From the NCBI GenBank assembly GCA_965217775.1, contig CBDCJH010000002.1, forward strand, positions 1,216,001-1,280,000: a DNA stretch of 64,000 bases. Reading direction: 5' to 3'. This DNA comes from Acidobacteriota bacterium. Lineage in GTDB: Bacteria > Acidobacteriota > UBA6911 > RPQK01 > JAJDTT01. The position numbers were made by a program, and so were the translations under genes. The notes under the pieces are model-generated. The model ran no database searches and was not told the origin of the DNA. It worked only from the letters and a program-made list of their open reading frames with translations. Shown in pieces: positions 1 to 9,593 of this stretch. Numbering within the stretch: position 1 is the first letter of the stretch; every line of letters starts with the position of its first letter.

Positions 1-1287
1 TCTTCCGGTCCGGCCTCTCTGGCTGGGTTTCTACTCTTGGCCGCGACGGCCTCGGGGAGCGCCGGCGGCCGGAGCGAACCGGCGCCGGCCGCCGCCGCCA
101 GCAAAATCCTGGCCCGCGAGTGTTACTCCTGCCACAACCAGGTGAAGCGGTCGGGCTCCTTGAGCCTCCACACCTACCGGACCCTCATGAAGGGGGGCAA
201 CAACGGTCCCGCGCTGGTCCCGGGTCGGAGCGATGAGAGTCGGATGATCCAGATGGTAGAGGGCCTGCTGGAGCCCATCATGCCCGAGGACGGGTTCCTT
301 GCCGACCAGGACATCGAAGTCCTTCGGGCCTGGGTCGACGCCGGCGCTCCGCCCTGGGACGGCGATCTGGGACGAATGCGCCTGGAACGGCTTCCCGACA
401 TCCGTCCCGCCGAAACGGTCCGGCCGGAAGTAGCGAGTCTGGCTTTTCATCCCGGCGGAACCATGGTTGCCGCGGGCAGCTACCGGGAGATCCGGCTGCT
501 CCGGCCCGGGGGAGAAGTCCAGGCCCGGCTGACCGGATTGGCCGAGACGGTGCGGTCGGTCGCCTTCAGCCCGGATGGGTCGCGGCTGGCCTCGGGGGCC
601 GGAATGCCGTCCCGCTTCGGAGAGGTCAAGATCTGGGACCCGGCCGCCCGGGAGCTGGTCCGAGGCTGGGAAGGCCACACCGACTGCATCTACTCGGTGG
701 CCTTCAGTCCCGACGGGTCGGTGCTGGCCACGGCCAGCTACGATCGCCTCATCAAATTGTGGGAGGTGAAGACGGGCCGGGAGATCCGAACCATCTCCGG
801 ACACGTGGATGCGGTCTATTCGTTGGCCTTCAATTCCGCGGGCGACCGCTTGGCCTCGGCTTCGGCCGACCGCACGGTCAAAGTCTGGGACGTCGCCAGC
901 GGACGGCAGTTGGGGACGCCACTCTCGGGATCGACGGCCGAACTTTTCACCATGGCGTTCTACCCGGGCGGACGCCGGATCGCCGCCGCCGGCATGGACA
1001 AGATGATTCGGATCTGGGATCTGGGCGCGGACGGAGGCACCCTGGCCGGTTCCGTCTTCTCCCATGACGGTCCGGTCATCGACCTCTCTCTGACGCCGGA
1101 TGGGAACACCCTGATTTCGGCCGGCGCCGACGGACGAGTCAAATTCTGGGACGCCCTTTCCTTGGAGGAAAGGAAGGCGCTGGAGGCTCAGCCGGACACG
1201 GTCCTGGCCTTGGCCGTCAGTCCCTCCGGCGAGACTTTGGCCGTGGGCCGCTATGATGGGATCGTCGTCTTCGAGCCGATACCATAG
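1..1287 (+). CDS. Planctomycete-type cytochrome c domain + WD40-repeat protein (5'-truncated by window edge)
   Basis: Frame is open from base 1 (SSGPASLAGFLLLAATASG, signal-peptide-like). CYSCH heme motif followed by LxKGGxxGPALVPGxSDES...MP, as in Planctomycete cytochrome C. About 7 WD40 repeats (GHTDCIYSVAFSPDG...LWE, VKVWD, IRIWD). Confidence 0.88.
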   Translation, partial: SSGPASLAGFLLLAATASGSAGGRSEPAPAAAASKILARECYSCHNQVKRSGSLSLHTYRTLMKGGNNGPALVPGRSDESRMIQMVEGLLEPIMPEDGFLADQDIEVLRAWVDAGAPPWDGDLGRMRLERLPDIRPAETVRPEVASLAFHPGGTMVAAGSYREIRLLRPGGEVQARLTGLAETVRSVAFSPDGSRLASGAGMPSRFGEVKIWDPAARELVRGWEGHTDCIYSVAFSPDGSVLATASYDRLIKLWEVKTGREIRTISGHVDAVYSLAFNSAGDRLASASADRTVKVWDVASGRQLGTPLSGSTAELFTMAFYPGGRRIAAAGMDKMIRIWDLGADGGTLAGSVFSHDGPVIDLSLTPDGNTLISAGADGRVKFWDALSLEERKALEAQPDTVLALAVSPSGETLAVGRYDGIVVFEPIP

Positions 1288-1299
1288 CCGAGCAAGCCA

Positions 1300-3696
1300 A
1301 TGATGAAAAAAATGTCGATATTTCGGGGATTTCTCATCGTGTCGCTGGTGGCGCCGCTGTTCGGGCAACACGCGCCTCCGACCCTGACCTCAACGGTTCC
1401 TCTGGGTGGACAGCGGGGAACCAGCGTCACGCTCCTGCTGGATGGGTCCAACCTGGGAGAGGTCCGGCGGGTCCTCTTCGATCACGAGGGTCTGGACGCC
1501 GTCATCGAAAGGCAACGGGAACTGCCCAACCCGCGAAAGATGGCCGAGGGGCAGACCCGGGCCCTGATCCTGGACGGCGCCACCCGGAACCGTCTCTGGG
1601 TGCGGGTCGACGTCGACGGTTCCGTTCCTCCCGATCTCTACCACTTCAGGGTGTGGACGCCGCTGGGTCTGAGCAATCCGCTTCCGTTCGCGGTGGGAGA
1701 CTTCCCCGAGGTGGAGGAGACCCAGTTCAACGACACTCCACGGCAGGCGCAGCCCGTTACGCTGCCGGTGACCGTCCGGGGCGATATTTCCAGCACCGGA
1801 GACGTGGATCATTTTCGGTTTCGAGCTCGGCAAGGGCAGCATCTGGCCTTTCGCGTCATCTCCTCGCCGTTGGGATCGATTCTGAATGCCCAGATGCAGC
1901 TTTTGGATGGATCGGGGAAAAGGATCGAAGGATGTGTTTCGCGGTCGGGGAAATCGGCCTTTCTCAGCTGCCGGATCCCGGACCGGGGGATCCATGTCAT
2001 TCGGGTCGCCGACAAGAACCGCGTCGGCGCCATGAGCGGGTACGAATACCGGCTCGAAGCGGGTGAGTTCCCACTGTTGGAAAGCGTGTTCCCGCTGGGA
2101 GTCCAAGCGGGCAAGGAGACCCGTCTCAAGGTCTGGGGCGCCAATCTGGGGGACATCGATACGATTCCCTTTACGGCTCTCGAAGAGCAGGTGGGAAAGA
2201 TTATCCCGCTGACCGTTCCGCAGGCCTCCAACCGGCTCCGGTTGGCCGTCGGGGCCCATCCTGAAACACTGGAAACAGAGCCTAACAATACCCGGGAGAC
2301 GGCCCAGCCGGTGAGCTGGCCCGTCACCCTGAACGGACACGTCCACTCCTCGGCCGACAGCTCCCATCCGGAAGGTCCGGACCAGGATCTGTTTCGATTC
2401 GAGGCTCGAAAGGGACAGGTCCTGATCCTGGAGGTGGAAGCCTCCAGGCTGGGCTCCTCCCTGGACTCCCTGGTGGAGATCTGGGACGCCCAGGGCCGGC
2501 CGGTCCGCCGGGCGGAAGTACGTTGCCTTGCACAGACCGAGGTCGTTCTCAGCAATCGCGACTCGATCCAAGGGTCGATGCGTCTGGAGTCGACCGAGGA
2601 TCTGGCGCTGGACGATTATCTGATGGTCGGCTCGGAGATCGTGCAGATCAAGGCGATGCCGAGAGGTCCTGACGACGATGCCCGGTTCAAGTCGTTCCGG
2701 GGTGTGCGGCAGGCCCTGTTCGGGACCACGGCCGAGGGTCACGCCGTGGGAGACCCGGTCTACAAGGTTCGCTTGTTTCCCGCAGGCACCCGCTTCAGCG
2801 CCAACGGGATGCCCGTATTCCATCTCAACTACCGCAACGACGACGGAGGACCCGCATACGGCCGTGACTCCAATCTGGAATTTACGGTGCGCACCGACGG
2901 AACCTACCTGGTGGCCCTTCGGGATTCTCGGGGCCAGGAAGGTGCGGATCACCCCTACCGGCTGACGATCCGGGAGCCGAGTCCCGATTTTCGGATGGAG
3001 ATGCCCTCGCGCCGCTCGGGCCGCATTTTGAGCGACGCCGGAGATTCGACCCACTTCAACCTTCCGGCCGGGGGACGTCTCACCGTCGATGTCGCGGTGT
3101 ATCGGCTGGACGGATTCAACGGAGAAGTGCGGGTGCAAATGGAGGATCTTCCCGCGGGCGTCAGCTCTGGGACCGCAGTGGTTCCGGCAGGCGCCGACTC
3201 CACCGTGATCCTCCTCGAGGCGACGCCCGAGGCCTCGTTTGCTCCGGCTCGGGTGAGGATCGTGGGCCGGGCCGAGGTGAACGGCCGTCAGTTGGTCCGA
3301 ACCTTGGGGAACGATCCGGGTATCCTACTCGCTCTCAACACGGTGTCCGATCTCACCGTAGCCGTCGATCGCCGGGAGGTTCGTCTGGAGCCTGGGAAGG
3401 AGGCGCGCATCCGCGTCGACATCGACCGCCTCGGAGAGTTTCAAGGCCGGGTCCCGGTCAACGTTCGCAACCTTCCTTACGGGGTCCGGGTGATGAACGT
3501 GGGGCTCAACGGCATCCTGGTGACGGAAGAGGAGAGCAGCCGTGTATTCACCCTCTATGCCGAACCCTGGGTGAAACCCCTCGTCCAGCCCATCTATGTC
3601 GTCGCTCGAGTCGAGACGAACTCACCGAATACGCTGGAGCACGCGGCGGCAGCGGTCCAACTCCAAGTCGCCGGTGACCCGGCGCCGGGCCGGTAA
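1300..3696 (+). CDS. Secreted PPC (pre-peptidase C-terminal) repeat protein
   Basis: Signal peptide, PLGGQRGT start motif, repeated ExEPNxT..AQPV..PVT..G....D.D.FRF.A..GQ PPC units; no catalytic protease motif seen. Begins 12 nt after the WD40 gene. Confidence 0.82.
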   Translation: MMKKMSIFRGFLIVSLVAPLFGQHAPPTLTSTVPLGGQRGTSVTLLLDGSNLGEVRRVLFDHEGLDAVIERQRELPNPRKMAEGQTRALILDGATRNRLWVRVDVDGSVPPDLYHFRVWTPLGLSNPLPFAVGDFPEVEETQFNDTPRQAQPVTLPVTVRGDISSTGDVDHFRFRARQGQHLAFRVISSPLGSILNAQMQLLDGSGKRIEGCVSRSGKSAFLSCRIPDRGIHVIRVADKNRVGAMSGYEYRLEAGEFPLLESVFPLGVQAGKETRLKVWGANLGDIDTIPFTALEEQVGKIIPLTVPQASNRLRLAVGAHPETLETEPNNTRETAQPVSWPVTLNGHVHSSADSSHPEGPDQDLFRFEARKGQVLILEVEASRLGSSLDSLVEIWDAQGRPVRRAEVRCLAQTEVVLSNRDSIQGSMRLESTEDLALDDYLMVGSEIVQIKAMPRGPDDDARFKSFRGVRQALFGTTAEGHAVGDPVYKVRLFPAGTRFSANGMPVFHLNYRNDDGGPAYGRDSNLEFTVRTDGTYLVALRDSRGQEGADHPYRLTIREPSPDFRMEMPSRRSGRILSDAGDSTHFNLPAGGRLTVDVAVYRLDGFNGEVRVQMEDLPAGVSSGTAVVPAGADSTVILLEATPEASFAPARVRIVGRAEVNGRQLVRTLGNDPGILLALNTVSDLTVAVDRREVRLEPGKEARIRVDIDRLGEFQGRVPVNVRNLPYGVRVMNVGLNGILVTEEESSRVFTLYAEPWVKPLVQPIYVVARVETNSPNTLEHAAAAVQLQVAGDPAPGR

Positions 3697-3716
3697 CCGG
3701 CAAGCGGAGGAGAGCG

Positions 3717-5021
3717 TTGAAGCCTTATCGATTCCAAAGATCGCAGGAACTGTACGCGGAGGCTTGCAAGGTTCTGGCCGGCGGCGTCAGCAGCCACTTT
3801 CGGACCCTGGGGCGGCCCCACCCCATGTTCTTCGCCGAAGGGCGGGGCGTCCGGGTCCGGGACGTGGACGGCAACGAGTATCTGGACTTCACCCTGAGCC
3901 AGGGTCCCATGTTGTTGGGACATTCCCACCCGGAGGTGTTGGAGCGGGTCCGGCTGGAGCAGTCCAAGGGACAGCTCTACGCGGCCCAGAGCGAGCTGGA
4001 GATCGAGCTGGCCCGGCTCTTGACGCAGATACTGCCCAGCGCCGACCTGGTCCGGTTCTCCAACAGCGGGTCCGACGCGGCCCACGCGGTCTTTCGCATG
4101 GCACGAGCCCTGACCGGAAGGCGAAAGATCCTCAAGTTCGAGGGCCACTACCACGGCTGGTTCGATGACATCTTCCTGGACGTCAAGCCGGAAGCGGACG
4201 GATCCGGATACCGGACCTCGCTCCTCACCGGCGGACAACCGGCCTCGGTTCTGGATCAGGTCGTGGTCCTCCCCTGGAACGATCTGGAGGTGGTCCGGGA
4301 GACCTTGGAGCGGGACCCGGAAATCGCCGCCGTGGTGACCGAGCCCATCATGTGCAACAACAGTTGCATCCTTCCCGAGCCCGGATATCTGGAGGGCCTG
4401 CGGGAACTCTGCACCCGGCATGGCGTGGTGCTCATCTTCGACGAGGTCATCACCGGCTTCCGGGTGGCGCTGGGTGGGGCGCAGGAACTGTTGGGGGTGG
4501 AGTCGGACCTGTCGATTTACGGGAAGGCCATGGCCAGCGGCTTTCCCCTCAGCCTGATCGCCGGAAAACGGCAATTCATGGAGTGCCTGGCGGATGGCCG
4601 GGTGGTGCACGCGGGGACCATGAACGCGAATATTCCCGCTCTGGCGGCTTCGCTGGCCTCGGTGGAGATCCTGAATCGGGAGAGGAACGAGTTGTACCGG
4701 CGAATCACTCGGCTCGGCCGGCGGCTCATGGAGGGCCTGGGGAAGAGGGCGCGGGCCCGGGGACTCCCCCTGCTGGTCCAGGGGTTGGGCCCCATGTTTC
4801 ACACCGGGTTTACATCATTGGAATCGGTCCGGAATCTGCGCCAGTGCGCCAACTACGACATGGGCCGAATGGATGAGTTGGCCTTCGGACTCCTCAGAAG
4901 AGGGGTTCGGATCATCGGAAGAGGGCTCTGGTTCGTCTCCGCTGCGCTCACCGAGGACAACGTGGATACGGTGCTGGAGACGGCGGATCAGGTGTTCGAA
5001 GGGATGGACGGGGATTCCTGA
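3717..5021 (+). CDS. Class III PLP aminotransferase, glutamate-1-semialdehyde aminomutase-like
   Basis: GGVSS, DVDGNEYLD, FSNSGSDA, KFEGHYHG, LIFDEVITGFR and PLP lysine motif YGKAMASGFP. TTG start with GGAGG SD. Confidence 0.85.
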   Translation: MKPYRFQRSQELYAEACKVLAGGVSSHFRTLGRPHPMFFAEGRGVRVRDVDGNEYLDFTLSQGPMLLGHSHPEVLERVRLEQSKGQLYAAQSELEIELARLLTQILPSADLVRFSNSGSDAAHAVFRMARALTGRRKILKFEGHYHGWFDDIFLDVKPEADGSGYRTSLLTGGQPASVLDQVVVLPWNDLEVVRETLERDPEIAAVVTEPIMCNNSCILPEPGYLEGLRELCTRHGVVLIFDEVITGFRVALGGAQELLGVESDLSIYGKAMASGFPLSLIAGKRQFMECLADGRVVHAGTMNANIPALAASLASVEILNRERNELYRRITRLGRRLMEGLGKRARARGLPLLVQGLGPMFHTGFTSLESVRNLRQCANYDMGRMDELAFGLLRRGVRIIGRGLWFVSAALTEDNVDTVLETADQVFEGMDGDS

Positions 5022-5133
5022 GGGGCTGGAAGCCCCTTGCAGGTCCGGGTCCTTCACCGAATTCGGGCCGCATCTGGCCTTTCCGGAACGACTGTGATAA
5101 AAGTGGGCGAAATTTCCCACCAGGAGGGATGCG

Positions 5134-5799
5134 ATGCGTGGTTTTAGATTCATCTTTCTGTCTTTGGTCATCCTCTCGGTATCGGCTTGTTCCGGGCCGT
5201 CAGGAGGAGATGTCGCCAAGGCTCCGGAAGAGAAGCCCGAGCCGCCGCCACCATCGGGAGACCCGGTCGTCACCATTCAGACCATCAAGGGAGACATCGT
5301 CGTGCGGCTGCGACCCGATCTGGCGCCCAACAGCGCTGAACGTTTCAAGATCATGGCGATGGCAGGATTCTACAACCGCTCCACCTTCCACTACGTGAGC
5401 AAGGGTTTCATCCAGGGAGGCGATCCTTTCTCCAAGGACAACGATCCCTACAACGACGGCAAAGGCAACGCCGCCGAGTGGATCAACGCCGAGTTCCAGG
5501 AGGACTACAAGGTGGAACGGGGGTCTGTGGGCATGATGCGCAAGGACACTCAGCCCGACTCGTCGAGCTGCCAGTTCTTCATCTCCCTGCGCCGCAAAAA
5601 GGAGTGGGACGGCAAGTACAACATCTTCGGGGAGGTCATCGAAGGGATCGAGGTCGCTGAGGCCATTGGCGCATCTCCCATCGTCAAGAGTGATCGCAAG
5701 CTGGACAATCATCCGACGGGCAAGATGACCATCAAGAGAATGAAAGTGGAGTACCGGGAGTTCCCGGAAGAGGCGGCCGCGGAAGCCACTGAGGGATAA
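5134..5799 (+). CDS. Cyclophilin-type peptidyl-prolyl cis-trans isomerase, predicted lipoprotein
   Basis: Lipobox VSAC; GFYNxSTFH, IQGGDP, RGSVGM, SSSCQFFI, YNIFGEVIEG. Confidence 0.9.
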   Translation: MRGFRFIFLSLVILSVSACSGPSGGDVAKAPEEKPEPPPPSGDPVVTIQTIKGDIVVRLRPDLAPNSAERFKIMAMAGFYNRSTFHYVSKGFIQGGDPFSKDNDPYNDGKGNAAEWINAEFQEDYKVERGSVGMMRKDTQPDSSSCQFFISLRRKKEWDGKYNIFGEVIEGIEVAEAIGASPIVKSDRKLDNHPTGKMTIKRMKVEYREFPEEAAAEATEG

Positions 5800-6072
5800 T
5801 CGGGTTGCCCGTGCTCGTTGCCACGGGTTGAGTGGCCCCACCCAAACTGCAAACGGCCGGAATAAAATCGGGCCAGTCGGAAGTTGTTACCGGGCAAAGT
5901 GCGGTTGGCATCTGGCTGACGCTCGCACCCATCTAACAGTGGCGGCTGGTTCGAAGACTTCTTCCGCCATCCTTTCCCCTCGTATGTTTGTCGCAGTCGG
6001 CGTTCCTGCAGTCTGATGCTGGCGCCGTCGACCCCGACGCTCCTGAGGGAGCAATTTCCCATCGGTTTCGAT

Positions 6073-6102
6073 TTGACATTCTTTCGGGGGGTTTCGTAAC
6101 TT
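6073..6102 (+). promoter_or_regulatory. Possible sigma70 promoter upstream of SDR gene
   Basis: TTGACA (6073-6078), 18-nt spacer, TAACTT (6097-6102). Confidence 0.3.
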
Positions 6103-6185
6103 GACACGCTGTTGAAAGGCTCCCGGTCCGTGGAGATTCCGAAAACGGGGATCGTGGCGGGGCGGGGAATCAGGGGGGAGTGAGG

Positions 6186-6944
6186 ATGAGCTTGTCAGGC
6201 AAAGTCGCCCTGGTTACGGGTGCCAATCGAGGGATCGGACGGGGTTGCGCTCTGGAGATGGCCCGGCGGGGTGCGGACATTGCCGTCAACTACCGGAGCC
6301 ACGCCGACGAGGCGGAAGAGGTCGCGCGCGAGGTGCGATCCCTGGGCCGACGTGCCATCGTCCTGCAGGCCGACGTGTCGGATCGGAACCAGGATCGAGA
6401 GTTGGTCTCCGCCACTGTGGAGCAGTTGGGACGGCTCGACATTCTGGTGGCCAACGCCGCGGTCAGCAGGCGCAAACCGTTCGTGGAGCTGAGCGTCGAG
6501 GACATCCGGTTGACCCTGGGTGTCTGTCTCTGGGGCGTGATCCATTGCTGTCAGTTGGCCGCCCGCCAGATGCTGGCGCAGGGCCAGGGTGGGAACATCG
6601 TCATCATCAGCTCGGTCCACGCCTACCTCCCCATCGTGAATTCCATTCCCTACAACATCGCCAAGGCGGGTATCAATCACATGGGACGGACCCTTGCCAT
6701 GGAGCTGGTGAGCGACGGGATCCGGGTCAACGTGGTTGAGCCCGGCTGGATCGACACGCCTGGAGAGCGCAAGTACGCCACCGAGGAGGAGATTCGGGAA
6801 GCGGGGAAGAAACTTCCCATGGGCCGTCTCGGGACCATCGAGGAAATCGGCAAGGGGGTCGCCTACCTGGTCAGCGACGACGCCAGTTACGTGACCGGGT
6901 CGATCCTCCGGATCGATGGAGGATTCGTGCTGCCTCGCCCCTGA
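6186..6944 (+). CDS. Short-chain dehydrogenase/reductase (glucose 1-dehydrogenase/FabG-like)
   Basis: TGANRGIG Rossmann motif, NAA, YNIAK catalytic motif, PGWIDT, YVTGS...DGG. An alternative GTG start is at 6180. Confidence 0.92.
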   Translation: MSLSGKVALVTGANRGIGRGCALEMARRGADIAVNYRSHADEAEEVAREVRSLGRRAIVLQADVSDRNQDRELVSATVEQLGRLDILVANAAVSRRKPFVELSVEDIRLTLGVCLWGVIHCCQLAARQMLAQGQGGNIVIISSVHAYLPIVNSIPYNIAKAGINHMGRTLAMELVSDGIRVNVVEPGWIDTPGERKYATEEEIREAGKKLPMGRLGTIEEIGKGVAYLVSDDASYVTGSILRIDGGFVLPRP

Positions 6945-6996
6945 CCGGCACCCACCCTCGCCACGACGCCGGCAGCGGTCCCACGCCGTCATCGCG

Positions 6997-7881
6997 TCAG
7001 ACCTGGACGACCGGATTCTCCAGGACTCCGATTCTTTCGATCTCGATTCTGACCAAGTCTCCAGCCTGCAGGGAGAATTCCTGGTGCGGGACGATTCCGG
7101 TCCCGGTGAGGACCACCGTCCCGTCGGGCACCGGGTTATGCCGTGTGAGGAAACCGGCCAGCTCCTGGCAGGTTCTGACCATCCGGGAGGTGGAGGTCTC
7201 CCCTGTGAAGACTCGATCCCCGTCACGGAAAATTTTGCAGGTGACGGCCAAGTTGTGGGGATCGGGAACGGACTCGGCGCTCACGATGCAGGGGCCGATG
7301 GAGCAGCACCGGCGGTAAATCTTGGCCTGGGGGAGATAGAGTGGGTTGGCGCCCTCGATGGCACGGCTGCTCACGTCATTGCCTGCGGTATAACCGGTGA
7401 TCCGTCCGTCGTGGAGGATGAACGCCAGCTCCGCTTCCGGCACATCCCAGCCGGAATCTCCCCGGACGCCGACGGCCTCTCCGGGACCCACGCAACGGGC
7501 CGGGGTCGCCTTGAGAAAGATCTCGGGACGTTCGGCCCGGTAGACCCTGGCGTAAGGATCGGGGGTTTCGCTTTCCCGCTCCCGCTCATCCCGGCTCTTG
7601 CGATAAGTGACGCCGGCCGCCCAGACTTCGGGTGGAACCAGTGGCCGGCCCAGGCGCAGACTCTGCCTGCTCAGCGACTCGGAGGTGACTTGGCGGTCAC
7701 CCTTCTGAAGCAGATTCTCCACGAGTTCGTCCAAGCTTCGGCCCATCAGACGGGACCAGCGGACCAGATCGGTGAAGTCTCGGATGGGTGAATCATGAGT
7801 CAGATCGAACAGCTTGCCCGGCTCCGCTTCCGCGATGAGGCGGGCATCACGATTGGCATTCAGATAGCGGAAGAATTTCAT
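6997..7881 (-). CDS. Fumarylacetoacetate hydrolase family protein, 2-keto-3-deoxy-pentonate dehydratase-like
   Basis: EVWAAGVTYxxSR, RPEIFLKA, VPEAEL, GNDVSSRAIEGANPLYLPQAK, LTGTG. Start placed at MKFF after an AAGGAG SD. Confidence 0.85.
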   Translation of the reverse strand: MKFFRYLNANRDARLIAEAEPGKLFDLTHDSPIRDFTDLVRWSRLMGRSLDELVENLLQKGDRQVTSESLSRQSLRLGRPLVPPEVWAAGVTYRKSRDERERESETPDPYARVYRAERPEIFLKATPARCVGPGEAVGVRGDSGWDVPEAELAFILHDGRITGYTAGNDVSSRAIEGANPLYLPQAKIYRRCCSIGPCIVSAESVPDPHNLAVTCKIFRDGDRVFTGETSTSRMVRTCQELAGFLTRHNPVPDGTVVLTGTGIVPHQEFSLQAGDLVRIEIERIGVLENPVVQV

Positions 7882-8064
7882 GGACGACTCCTTTTCAAGC
7901 CCGGGCGGCCGTTTCCCGGCAGAGGCTGATAATCTCACACGTTGGCGGGCCGGCTGCAACTGGACTTTACACGGGTTCTTGTTGGACCATGTCGGCGGCG
8001 CCGGGATTTGGCGTTCGGGCCGGGTGGCCGTTCATGAGGCGGGTCCGGCCCGGAGGGTATCGAG

Positions 8065-9564
8065 ATGAGCGTATCCCAGGAATGGTTTGACAAGCAGAGC
8101 CGGGAACTGGTCCATCTGGAGAGCATTCTGGAGATGCTCGGCTGGGACCAGAGTACCACCATGCCTTCGAGTGGAGCCGGTCCCCGGGCCCAACAGAGTG
8201 CCTCCCTGGCGGCCCTGTATCATCAGAGGCTCACTCGGCCCCGTTGGTCCGAGGTTTTGGACGAGCTCGAGTCCAGGGAGCAGGACGAGTGGACGGAGGC
8301 GGCTGTCCGGGAGATGAGGCGAAAATACGACCGGGCGACCCGCATCCCCGAGGCTCTGGTCCGGGAATTGGCGGAAACGATTTCTCTGGGATACGAAGCC
8401 TGGGTCGCGGCCCGGAAGGAGTCCGATTTCGAGGCTTTCCGACCCTGGCTGGAGCGCATCCTGCGCCTGAAACGGCAGGAAGCCGCCTGTCTGGCGACCG
8501 GTGACTGTCTCTATGACGCGCTGCTGGACGACTACGAGCCCGGGATGACCACCCGGCAACTGGACCCGGTTTTCTCCCGGCTTCGGCCGCAGTTGACACG
8601 GTTGCTGGGCAGAATCCAGGAGGCCTCCCATCAGCCTCCGGCCGAGCTGCTGACGGGACGTTATCCCAGAACCGCTCAGGAGGCGTTCGGGCGAAGTGTC
8701 CTGTCCGCCATTGGGTTCGATTGGAAGGCGGGCCGTCTGGATGTATCTCCGCATCCCTTCTGCTGCGGCTTTTCTCCTCAAGACGTACGCATCACGACCC
8801 GATACGGGGAAGACTCCTTTGTCTCGTCCTTCTTCGGCATCGTTCATGAGGGCGGCCACGCCCTCTACGAACAGGGACTGGGCGGAGAGCGGTATGGTTC
8901 CCCCGCCTGCCAATCCATCTCTCTGGGCATACACGAGTCCCAGTCCCGACTCTGGGAAAACCAAGTGGCTCGAAGCCGGCCCTTCTGGGAATACTGGTAC
9001 CCGAAACTTCGAGAGACCTTTCCCGGCCAGTTGGACACGGTGCCGCTGGCGTCTTTCCTGAGGGGAGTGAATCGAGTCGAGGCCAGCTTGATCCGCGTCG
9101 AAGCCGACGAGGTCACCTACGGTCTGCACATCATTTTGCGTTACGAGTTGGAAAAGGCCCTTCTCGACCAGGATCTTCCGGTTTCGGACCTGGAAGGGAT
9201 CTGGGTCGAACGCATGCGGGAGTACCTGGGAGTGGTGCCCGGCAACGCCGCCGACGGAGTGCTCCAAGACACTCACTGGTCCTGCGGGCTCGTCGGCTAT
9301 TTCCCCACTTACCTGCTGGGGAACCTGTATGCGGCCCAGATCTACGCCCTGGCGCGTCAGATTCTCCCCGACCTGGACACTCAGTTCTCCACGGGCCGGT
9401 TTCTTCCCTTGAGGGAATGGCTGCGGGAGCAGATCCATTGCAAGGGGAGAACCCGTACGGCCGGAGAGTTGATTTTGGAGATCAGCGGAGAGCCTTTGGA
9501 TTCTCGATACCTGCTGAATTACCTGGAGGAGAAGTTCTCTCGGCTGTACCAACTGAACGGGTGA
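8065..9564 (+). CDS. Carboxypeptidase M32 (Taq family)
   Basis: HPF, DVRITTRY, HEGGH, HESQSRLWEN, IRVEADE, GVLQDTHW, GYFPTYLLG motifs. Confidence 0.95.
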   Translation: MSVSQEWFDKQSRELVHLESILEMLGWDQSTTMPSSGAGPRAQQSASLAALYHQRLTRPRWSEVLDELESREQDEWTEAAVREMRRKYDRATRIPEALVRELAETISLGYEAWVAARKESDFEAFRPWLERILRLKRQEAACLATGDCLYDALLDDYEPGMTTRQLDPVFSRLRPQLTRLLGRIQEASHQPPAELLTGRYPRTAQEAFGRSVLSAIGFDWKAGRLDVSPHPFCCGFSPQDVRITTRYGEDSFVSSFFGIVHEGGHALYEQGLGGERYGSPACQSISLGIHESQSRLWENQVARSRPFWEYWYPKLRETFPGQLDTVPLASFLRGVNRVEASLIRVEADEVTYGLHIILRYELEKALLDQDLPVSDLEGIWVERMREYLGVVPGNAADGVLQDTHWSCGLVGYFPTYLLGNLYAAQIYALARQILPDLDTQFSTGRFLPLREWLREQIHCKGRTRTAGELILEISGEPLDSRYLLNYLEEKFSRLYQLNG

Positions 9565-9593
9565 GGGAACCCGTTCCGCGAGGAAGGAATCCC

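Noticed and set aside
3717-5021. Calling the aminotransferase hemL
   Set aside because: Motifs diverge from canonical HemL (GGVSS, NSGSDA, GKAMASG) and it has no hem neighbours; it is probably a paralog.
5800-6180. Possible ncRNA or small ORF in the 380-bp gap
   Set aside because: No tRNA, tmRNA, SRP or RNase P hallmark recognised and the small ORFs lack support; only a weak promoter match.
6186-7881. SDR + FAH-family dehydratase as an oxidative pentose (Weimberg/Dahms) operon
   Set aside because: The genes are convergent, no lactonase or sugar-acid dehydratase is adjacent, and SDR specificity cannot be read from sequence.
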